Both the position numbers and the translations under genes were made by a program. A DNA stretch of 64,000 nucleotides from Basidiobolus meristosporus CBS 931.73 (Eukaryota; Fungi; Basidiobolomycota): NCBI GenBank assembly GCA_002104905.1, contig MCFE01000050.1, forward strand, positions 1-64,000. The letters are read 5' to 3'. The notes under the pieces are model-generated. The model did not search any database and was not told the origin of the DNA. It saw only the letters and a program-made list of their open reading frames with translations. Positions 54,049 through 64,000 of the stretch are shown here, one piece after another (position 1 is the first letter of the stretch; each line of letters begins with the position of its first letter).

Positions 54049-56656
54049 ATGGTGTCCGTGAATGATACCAATTCCCATATAAAGAACTTGATATGGTACT
54101 TTCTGGACAACGACCTACTCGACGATGCCGCTTTCTTTGCTGAGCAGTACAAAGCGCAGGAGCCTCTGGATACGGATGCCACAGAATTGCTTGGCTATTG
54201 CCTACTGCGCCTAGGGAAACTAAGACGAGCTTCCAAAATTCTTGAGGGTTCAGCCACACCCAACAGCAGGCATCTCCTTGCCAAAACCTATTTGCAACTC
54301 GAGTCGTTCGAGAAAGCATGCGAAATATGGCTCTCTTTCCTGGAAGACAAAACACTTCAGTTTCCGAAACTCTCGTTAGGTGTTATCCACGAAATAACGT
54401 CGACACGTCCAGCTGAAATTAACACCGTACCTCTCAAAATTTAGACAAGAGCTCGAAAGAGAAACGCTCCTTTTTACCTGATTTGAGCGCCATTCATTAT
54501 TTATTGGGGACTTCGTTCAGGTTGGCAATCAACGCGGTATCTTTATTCTTGTCGACTCACTGAGCTGATGTTATTTGGCAATTTAGAAAAGCTAGAAAAT
54601 ATAACGAAGCCATTCCTCACTTCATTTCCTGTCTGAAACTCAATCCCTTCAATTGGTCTGCCTTTGAAGCTCTAAGTCAACTCAAGAATGGTACACTATT
54701 TGGAGTCAAGAAACCAATCATTTCACCAACTAACACGCTCATATGCTACAGGCTCCAGCATCGAGCCAGAAACACTGTTTAAAAGCAACCAAGCGCGGCA
54801 ACTAATAGGCGCGAACGATATTCCAGAATTTCGATTACCTAGACTTTCCTCTCGAAAACAGGACGCAGAAAGGGAAAATTTCGCCAAGAAGCTCTCCTTT
54901 CAACTGCCACCAGTTAAGCATTCACAATCCAGCATCCCCCAGTATAATTCACCCACATTAGCAAGGTAAAGTGAAATTACTCCCTTGCACCGACACCTTA
55001 CTTAGCAAGACATAAAGCGAAAGCAGGGCCAACAAGCCGAAACCCAGCCTTTTGTCGTTCAAGCCACCCCGAGGTCTAAAAGCTGACCCTTTTATCAGCT
55101 CTTCTAAACGAGCCGAACCGCCACAGGCTTCTAAGCTGAGATTTGGATATGACCCCAGCTGCGCGTCGAATAACTCAAAGGAGGATCTCAATGGGAACGA
55201 GCCAACAACCAAGCCTCCCAGGCTTACCAAACTACCGATTGCTAGCAAAGTAATGGAACCCTACGTAACATTTTACAAAAAAAAAGATTTCTTACACCTT
55301 CGCTGTAGAGTTACCGCTCACTTTCCGATAACGATGACCCGTTTTTACCTGAAAAGCCCATCCTTAAACATTCGAAAAGCCAGGTGAACGCTGCCGATAA
55401 ATTCTTGAACAATTTGACAATAGTCAGTAGAGGAGTCCTCATGTTGAGCAAATTTGAATGTCGAAAGGCCATCGAGTGCTTCAAGAAACTTTCCACTGAG
55501 CTATACAATTCCTGCTGGGTTCTGTTGCAGATAGCAAAAGCTCACTTCGAACTGGCCGAGTACAAAGAGGTAATCATGGACGGTATCTTATCACTTGGTC
55601 TCAATCTTACATGATTTTCTTGTTGCCTAGGCCAACACGATCTTCCAGCGCATTCGTTCTCGAGACCCACATTATACAGAAGGAATGGAGATTTACTCCA
55701 CCGTGCTGTGGCACCTACAAAACGAAGTAGATCTGAGTATCCTAGCACACGAGCTATCGGACTGTGACCGCAACGCTCCGCAGACTTGGTGCGCTGTGGG
55801 AAATTGCTTTAGTTTACAGCAAGAGCATGCCTCAGCTATAAAGTGCTTTAAGCGGGCTATTCAACTAGACAAATCATTCTCATACGCACTTACCTTGAGT
55901 GGTCACGAATACATGGCTATGGAGGACCATGAAAATGCCGAAAAACTCTTCCGTGAGGCCATTCATCTGAGCCCACGACATTACAACGCATGGTATGTAC
56001 CTCTCAGACACCTGCTACCGAACATGCTGGTATCTAAATGCCGGTATACACCTGTAGGTATGGCCTGGGTTCAGTATCGCTAAAGAACGGGAAACTCCCC
56101 ATGGCCAAATATCATTTCCAGAAAGCAGTTGGTATCAACCCGCGTAATCCTGTTTTACTGTGCTGCATGGGTTCGGTATGTCGACCATGCACTCGCCAAC
56201 CAAACCTGAACCAGAAAATTAACGGTTGCCCTAGATTCTAGAAGAGGAGGAGAAGATTCCGGAAGCAGTCAAGTATTACACGCTAGCGCACCAGATCAAT
56301 CCGGAAGCAGGAATGCCACGGTTACGTATCGCCAAGGTTTTAATCAAACTTGAAAAGTTTGAGGTACGTCCGGGGATATCATGCTAAAACGTGATCAGCA
56401 CCCAAATACTAATTGCTTGAACCAAATACAGAAAGCCTTGGCCCATCTCTTAAAGCTGAAGACGATGTACCCGCGAGAGGCAAACATCTCCTATCTGACT
56501 GGGCAGGTTTATGAATCTTTGGGACGCAAACAGGACGCGGCCCTAGAATACACGTACTCATTAAATCTAGATACGAAGCTCTCTAATGCGCTCCGAGAAG
56601 CGCTTGAAAGACTGCATGACGCCAGCTCCGAGAATGAGAAGATCGTGGATATATGA
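54049..56656 (+). CDS. CDC27: Anaphase-promoting complex subunit 3 (CDC27/Nuc2), TPR protein, multi-exon
   Basis: IWYFLDNDLLDDAAFFAEQ, LKLNPFNWSAFEAL, MEIYSTVLWHL, PQTWCAVGNCFSLQQEH..AIKCFKRAIQLD..FSYALTLSGHEY, RHYNAW|YGLG, HFQKAVGINPRN. Confidence 0.93.
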
Positions 56657-57280
56657 ATAACCTATTGTTAGGCTAAACTCTTTATGTAAATACTTCAATT
56701 TTCACCAAATGTATTTAGCTCCATTGTCTATCCTGAAGATAGCATCCTGCTTTACACATAATCGATCCATAAGTAAAATAAGGTGATATCCCATGCAATT
56801 CCATCATTGTTAATCCTCCCACTGATGTTTCGCCCCGCTACATTTGTGAAACGAAGTGTCGCCTAGTGTAACTATTTTCATGTACATAGAGTACTTCCAA
56901 TTCATTAACCTTCGCAGCGCAGCAGTGATTGGATATGCCCGGTTATCCGAGGCTGTTGATTGGTGGAATACCATCGGATTACGAGGGTTCCCACATCGGT
57001 GATGCTATTCATCCATATGACCCTCCTCAAGTAATCATTCATATAAAACTAATAATCCCTGCAATGTCTGTGGCCATTGGTTGACGCGCTCATTGGGTCA
57101 TATGTAATCAACCTCTATCAAAGCCATAGATTACATTTTGATATCATATCACATGATCGCATACAGGCATAGATTACTTGGGAAATAGAGATGAAAAAAA
57201 TCAAAAATTTTAAAGATTGTTATTTCGTTCTCGAAGCTACAACAACTCCATCTATTCTGTCAATAATCTTGAGAGCAAGC

Positions 57281-59452
57281 ATGCTACACAGTTACTCTAG
57301 GCGTGGAAGTAGGGAGGATCATATAAGCCCTTCAAGAGATGGTGGCGATTCCTATAGGAGAACAAATGTGTTTACTCACCAAAAGTCAACATATCCTGCG
57401 CGTGCACGTTTGCCATATAATCGTGGCTTTAGGGATGGGAGGGAGAGGGTTGGTTATCCGGAACGAAGGGAACAGCTTGGTCATCCTGGTCCACGTCCAT
57501 TTAGTTCCCATAAAGACTGCAGAGTATATGTTGGCAACCTTGCATTTGAAGTGAGATGGCACGATCTAAAGGATTTTATGCGTGAAGGTTCGACACCTTT
57601 CTATATTTATATGAATACCCCTCCCTATGTATCTTGAATCAAAGCAGTTGGAGCCGCGTATTTATATCATAGTTTTTCTTTATTTTCAGCGGGTGAAGTA
57701 GTATTTGCAGATATTTTAACTCAAAGTAGCGGGAGATCGAAGGTGGGCTTGCGACGTTTAACTGACTAAACCTTGTCCAGTTTTCACTTACAGTTTTTAC
57801 TAGGGCTGCGGGTAAAGGAGTATTTTCGGGACCAGGCTAGAACAAGTATTAAGCTGAGTGTAATAAACTGTAGTGTCGTGGAATTCCGAACATCTGAGGA
57901 GGCCAGGAAAGCGATTTATGAGCTGAACGACAAACCACTGATGGGCAGGCCTGTTTTTATTCGTGAGGTGGGCTGCTCCGTAAAACCGGCTCAGTGGGAA
58001 ATAGAGTTAACCAGTTCTCTTAATCTTAGGACCGGGAGACTGAAGCGAAGTTTGGGAGCGGTCCCGGTAGGCACATTGGTGAAGCCGTGGGTAGACAGGT
58101 GTTTGTCAGTAATGTCAGTATTCCTATACTTGTAGCTTTGATTCGCCGTGATGTTGTTACTTATACGAGTTTGTTGTCTACTGCAAACCATGTAGCTCCC
58201 ATACAATATTGGTTGGCAAGATTTGAAGGATCTTTTCCGGGAGGCCGGTAAGTGGTGAAGCGCACAGGCATAGCGCACGTTACTAATGGCTCCAATCTGC
58301 CCTACGCGTTGCTAGGCAGTGTCATCCGGGCCGATCTCATAATGGGACCAGATAGAAGACCTAAAGGGCAGGGTACTGTGTTGTATGAATTCCCTGGTGA
58401 TGCCGAGAAAGCTATTTGTACGTATGACCATGGCCCCGAATCATGCGCTGTTTTCCGGATATTTATGATTTACTTTACGTAGCAATGTTCAATGGATATG
58501 AGTGGCAAGGGAGACGAATGGATGTTCGCGAAGTCAGTAGCTGATTATTAAGTCTATAACATTAACATGGGGGAGCACGAAGCTAATATTTCAAACGGCT
58601 ATTGTTTAGGATCGGTTTGCATCAGGGGGAGATGGCATGGGACCAGGGGGATACAGGCCTCCCCCGCCTAGAGGCTCGCCTCAATACGGAAGACCACCCA
58701 AGTTCAATGATACTAGGTATTATGATGACCATGGTTACAATGATTATCATGGAGCTGCTGCGTATGATCCATTCAATCCATCGCAACCTGATTCGTATGG
58801 AAACGTGCCTCCGAGAGGTTATGGTGCACCAGATGGAATGGATCAAAGAAAGATTGAAGGGCATGGGTCAGAGTTTGAGGGCGGAGCCAATATCGAGAAC
58901 GGCATGTATCCAGGGCCTGGGAATTATGCTGGTGAGCAAAATGGATATGACCCAAAGTATCAGGAAGGATATGATGTGGGAAATAGGCCGGTGCAACGGA
59001 CAAAGTCCAGTGGGCAACAGATTTATATCACGAATGTAAGCAATGGCCAATCTCATCGTTTGGGCGCCTCGATTTTAATTTACTTTCTCCCCTCAAGCTC
59101 CCATACAACACTACATGGCAAGACCTGAAAGATTTGTTTGTTAGCTGTGGTAAATATGTCTCACTCTACGAAGTCTGAAATGCGGTGGCTAAAAATGGCA
59201 TCGAATCAATAGGGGTAATTGTTCGTGCTGAGATATTCGAACAAGGTGGATACTGCAACGGATCCGGGATCGTTAGGTTCGATACTCCAGAGGCGTCTCA
59301 TCGAGCGATTGGTATCCTTTTGAATTGAATGTTGCGTGACTTGGTTGCTTGAACCTACGGTTATTTCCACTTAACCTCACTTTACAGCTAAATTCAACGG
59401 ATATTTGTACGGTGGAAGGAAATTGGAAATCAAGATTGACCGCTATGCGTAA
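57281..59452 (+). CDS. GBP2: Gbp2/Hrb1-like (hnRNP M-type) triple-RRM protein, multi-exon
   Basis: RVYVGNLAFEVRWHDLKDFMRE, LMGRPVFIRE, VFVSN|LPYNIGWQDLKDLFR, IYITN|LPYNTTWQDLKDLF, KFNGYLYGGRKLEIKIDRYA*. Confidence 0.88.
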
Positions 59453-59896
59453 ACAAATACTAGATTTATATGATCAGGCGTTCCGAACACATAGATCCCT
59501 CATTTTGAGACTTTCGCTTTGTAGCTCATTCTTTCTTCCTTTCAACGTGTTAAATATGATTATATATATTTCTTTTGTTAGTAATTCAATATCCTCATAA
59601 ACATTGAACCAATTTTGATTTGATGCTGAATTCTTCTTCCAACACTAGTGACTGAGGGTTAAAGCAAGTTTCCACACAAGCACGTATAAATATAGGGATG
59701 GCCATGCAGATTTGATGGAATTTCGCGCATTTAAAAAATGTTCGTACTTGGCGATCAAATATACATGATTAAAAAATTCAGTCTTTTTCCGGATCTCGGG
59801 TATTTGCTCACCAGACCAGCTCAGTTTCCAACGCGAGAATTCCTCTGCTAAGAGCACCTGTTTTTGCGAATTTTCAGTTGAATATACCAAGCCAGC

Positions 59897-60780
59897 ATGA
59901 CTGACAACAATCTTGAGATCGAGTTGAATCCCGGTGCCGATGACTTTGCTGAAGACGAAATGCAGGTTGATGAAGGTAAGAAGGCTCTTCCCACTCCGTC
60001 GTGAAACAGCTGTTCAATCTTCTTTTTCATAGCTCAAAAGAACTCCTCCGATGGTGTAAAGCGCAAGGGACGCGGTTTCAAGCAAGATCGTGAGGAAAAA
60101 GGTGAACGATTCTACTCGTTGTTCAATCTGCTTCGAGGTTGCTCATAAATTGTATCTCAGCTCGTAATGACGGTCTTTACAGTAACGAAAATTTCGAAAC
60201 CTTCGAGGGGGATGGCGAGACTGCCGCCGGAAAGGCCCAAAGATGTATGTATTTGGACAGGATCCCCGATCCCAGATGAAGTGTTACTCACCATGTGCCA
60301 CTTTCAGCTGTTGAAGGCTGGATTGTTTTGGTAACAGGCGTGCACGAGGAGGCCACCGAAGAGGACGTAACCGACAAGTTTGCTGACTTTGGCGAAATCA
60401 AGAACATCCACCTGAATCTGGATCGCAGAACTGGCTTCGTCAAGGTTAAACATTATGCAGATAGGCATGTTCAAAGAGCAAACACTAACCCGTGCGTGTC
60501 AAAACCATAGGGCTATGCACTCATTGAATACGAAACTTACAAGGAAGCCAAGGCTGCCATTGACGAATCTAACGGCACCAAGCTTCTGGACCAAGAGATC
60601 GCTTGCGATTTTGCCTTCGTCCGTGGAGCCCCTGAAGAGAGAAGAGGGTAAGTGTCCAAACAGAGCTGCAACCAATTTCTGCACCATCCCTAACCATTGG
60701 TTTTCTTGTTTAGTCGTGGTGGAAATGATCGTCGTCGCCGTCGCTCCGGACGCTCCGCCAGTCCATCTCGCCGGCATTAA
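59897..60780 (+). CDS. RBM8A: RNA-binding protein 8A (Y14, exon junction complex), multi-exon
   Basis: [56 protein letters not shown]|[10 protein letters not shown]-rich C-terminus, stop at 60778-60780. Confidence 0.95.
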
Positions 60781-61487
60781 AGCCCATATTATACAATGTA
60801 TCAATAAACTGTATTCTCTTTAGCCATGCAATCATGATGGAGTTCGAGTGTCTTTGATTAGCCGAATTAGCACGAATATAGCATCATGGATCATTGGAAC
60901 ACATGGCTTACCAAGACGTCATTGATTGATGAAGTTTTGAGACATCTTTGACATGCACGCACTACACTCCCGCTACACATCCGCTTCACATACCAAACAC
61001 TTGGTCACTGCGAAGATGGATGATCGACGTGGTAGGGTGGTGCGTAAATATGGTTTAGTACGGTCTAGAGCGTTAGGGGTGGCGATTTTCACAAGGGGGG
61101 ATGCTCAGGGAGTTAAGCTTAATTGACCGGAGTGGCAGCTTTACCCACTCGGTGTGCGTGACGAGCAATCATCATAATAATCCCAAGCACAAGCTGCCTT
61201 GCTTCGCCGAAATCAGAGCAATCCTACGTAGACATACATCAGGAGATATACTCGGACCACCTCCGTCCCTCCGTCCCTCCGTCCCTTCATCACTACATGG
61301 CAGCTCGGTATGTAATCTCCCACTTCTGTATACCAAGTTTGGACGCTTCGATTCCGTTGGGCTGGATGTGAGACATCGACGCTGATTGACAGTGGGTTGA
61401 TGTCTTGGTCGGGATATATAGTGCGCCAATTCGTGGTCGACTTTTTTGTGATTCCCTCACTTCCTCGATTACAACTGCCCCTTAACA

Positions 61488-62753
61488 ATGACTCACTTGT
61501 CCGATTACACCTATCTGGGTATGCCCTGCAAGATCCTCTCCTTTGTTCTCTCGTCGAACTAATTGCTTATTGCTTCGTAGACCGGCTGGTGTGCGACATC
61601 TTAGCCCTGCTCTGGATACTGTATCGTATCCAGTCTCTCGTGGGGGCCACTGAGGCCCTGAGCCTGCGCCGGATGCGCAAGGGGGAGCTCCGGCCGATCA
61701 TCACTATCCTGCTGTTGATATCGAACCTGCTGGCAATCGTGTACGACACCATGGTGGCCAAAATCAAGTACGGCGAGGGCTTCGCCGTGGTTGGCAACAA
61801 CATCACCTCGAAGCCCAAGGAGTACTGGACCGCGGAGGACCTTCGAATCCTGCCCATCACGGATTCCTTGATAGACTTTAGTTTTGCCTTCATGACCAGC
61901 TCACTGTTTCTCTTTCAAGCCACCTGGAACTTCATCGTCCAGTCCTACATCAAACGCCCCTTCATGAACAGCACCGAGTTCCATCTGTATGTCGCGTACT
62001 CTGTCCTCAGCTTTGCCTCGTACGCTCTGCTACAGTTCGTCTACATCAACGACAAGACCCAGAGTACAGTAAGTTGACTGGCTTGGGCTGATAAGGTCGC
62101 TCAGACACTCACATTCTCCCCGTATCCCTACAGATCATCCCCCAGATGTTCTTCTGCGCTGGTAAGGGCACAGTCACCCTGTATTCCCAGTCGAGCGCCC
62201 ACTAACACCACTTCTGCCCCCGCAGAGACCTTTGTGCTTATCGTCTTCACCTTGGTCAACCACTTCCGCCTCCGCAAGACGTTGAGGGAGATCGACGAAT
62301 CGTCCCGAGCCCGCAGAAGACTCGAAGTGTACATGAGGTTGAACCTGTATCTGGGCATCTTTATTGGTATGATGGGTATCCCGCTGGTCATCATCAACAT
62401 CGATATCCTGACCGGGGCCGTCATCGCTGGTAACAAGCTGGTCACCGACCTGCTGATGAAGATCTTCAACATCGGCTTCCCGGGGGTGTTCATGTTCCTC
62501 TGTATGGCGCTCTACCCTTCCAGCGACTACGCCTCCTGCTCTTGCACCGGAAACCGTAGCGCGAACCGTCGACACACTGCGCGCCAGTATGAAGATAGCG
62601 GTGCCACCTCTGAGGGCCCATCCATCGTAAGCCATCCCGCTTTCGCATTCTTTTCCTGCTCACGTCTCGCTGCTAACCCATTCCCGGAACTTTTTCTAGA
62701 GGGACACCAAGTGCTTGCAGCTCACCGAATCCGCCAAGTATGATGCTGTGTAG
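61488..62753 (+). CDS. Uncharacterised seven-transmembrane protein, multi-exon
   Basis: MTHLSDYTYL|DRLVCDILALLW... with seven hydrophobic segments, strongly GC3-rich codons and canonical introns. Ends RDTKCLQLTESAKYDAV* (TAG 62751-62753). Start is a best guess. Confidence 0.7.
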
Positions 62754-62869
62754 GGGCTGAACCTTCACCCGTAAGTAATGCACCACTCAGGTCTCGGTAT
62801 ACAGATAGATCCTCCCCCCCCCCACGTTGACTTCATTGGTGAAGCATACTTCCCATCAACATCCCTAGA

Positions 62870-64000
62870 TCAGAAACTAGCGCATTTAATTTTAATAAAG
62901 CCATTTCCATCTCCACAGGGCCCCTTTCGTTTCCGACCAGACATGTGTAGAACATGCATACCCTGTGGGTGGGCTCGATTAGGTCTGACTCGACCAGCCA
63001 ATGACGGGGAGGAGGAGGCCTCATCCAACACTCCAGGGTTCCTGATGCGACCAGCGTTCGTGGGATTCCTTGGTCGAACCTCGGCCAGACGTGCATCCCA
63101 CCAACCTATGGCTCCGATGCTCGACCTCGAGAAATCCCCCGGATCGGTGGTTTGGTTGGTGAGCACGAGTGTCTTCAAGATGCCGTGGAGATTGGCCAGG
63201 TGGATGGGTGCTCGCGTGCCTCTTTCGTAATCTGGCCCTGTTCTGTGATGGGATTGGGCTCCCGAGGTTGCACAGCATCTCTGCAACATTACTGGCTGCC
63301 TCCCAGGGAAATTGCCGATCAGCATGACTGCTCTGGTAGACTCACCCAGGGGCCCACCATCTCTGGAGCTACCACTGGCAAAGGCACGAGTGACTCTGCA
63401 GGGGTTGACCAGTGCGTGTGGCCAAGTGCTGGTTAGAGATCAGACCGAACGGGGCTTCAACGGTTCGAGAAATGGCTTGGATCGTTGTCATCCACATCAC
63501 CTTGAGGGGAACGGCTTGCGGTTCCGCTGATTCGCCACTTAGGGTGGACCGGTGGCAACTTCACACACCAAGGGCGTGGCCGAGTTGATTGGGACCACCC
63601 ATCGTAACCTGCGGGTTCCCAATCCAATGATGTCGCCCTCGCATCGATTCGACTCGTAGTCGGCATGTCCATGGATAGGGTCCGATCTGGGTTCGGTCCA
63701 ATTGTTGGCCGCGTCAGGCCTTGAATTTGCATTAGCCCTGCATGCTTTCCTCCGATTTCCACTCTTGGGGGATTGGTCTGCCTCCAAGCTCCTAATTTCA
63801 ACCACACGAAACCTTGCCTGTGGGTCGCCGAGTTTCGTGCGTGCGTTCCGCGGCCCATTAAGACAGTACCAGATGCGCACTGACTTCCACCGCAATGAAT
63901 TGACCGGGAGGTCGCTGGTGGGTACATGAGACGACGGCTCTAGTTCCGACGAAACCTTGATGGAAGGGTCTCAGATGAGGTATTCCATGGTCGATGTACG
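62870..64000. other. GC-rich segment with overlapping medium ORFs on both strands, unidentified, runs off the window
   Basis: Higher GC and CpG than typical intergenic DNA here. ORFs of 100-156 aa in several frames, none continuous, no motif recognised. Confidence 0.25.

Noticed and set aside
11594-63929. Numerous 60-150 aa ORFs antisense to or overlapping the called genes
   Set aside because: Explained as shadow frames of real coding exons or intron read-through; none has independent motifs.

Overview
Eukaryotic, intron-rich fungal DNA, most consistent with an early-diverging lineage such as Basidiobolus (inferred from gene content and short GT-AG introns, not verified). Three zones. (1) 1-11.4 kb is a transposon graveyard that is almost free of CpG. 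It holds a near full-length but broken Ty1/Copia LTR retrotransposon (4724-9657, minus), several related LTR fragments, and a CpG-retaining ABCB/MDR pseudogene fragment that starts right after a (TTAGGG)3 tract. (2) 11.5-26 kb is a mostly intronless accessory-like block: a secreted AA11-type LPMO fused to a CBM5/12 chitin-binding module, a HAD phosphatase, a cytochrome P450 and two convergent PRM10/ThrE paralogs, plus spliced COQ9 and a sterol O-acyltransferase. (3) 27-63 kb is dense with conserved, mostly spliced genes: RSPRY1, PDH kinase, ZNF277, DPP8/9-like peptidase, white collar-1, synaptobrevin, kinesin-4, BSD2, mitochondrial IF-3, LOC1, TSR4, CDC27, GBP2, Y14 and an orphan 7TM protein. 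Best leads: sharply bounded CpG-free TE domains, the AA11-CBM5/12 fusion, a WC-1 with a degenerate GATA finger, a +1 frameshift at a stop codon in LOC1, and telomere-like G4 motifs in promoters. No rRNA, tRNA or CRISPR array was recognised. Exon structures and mismatch counts were done by eye and are approximate.
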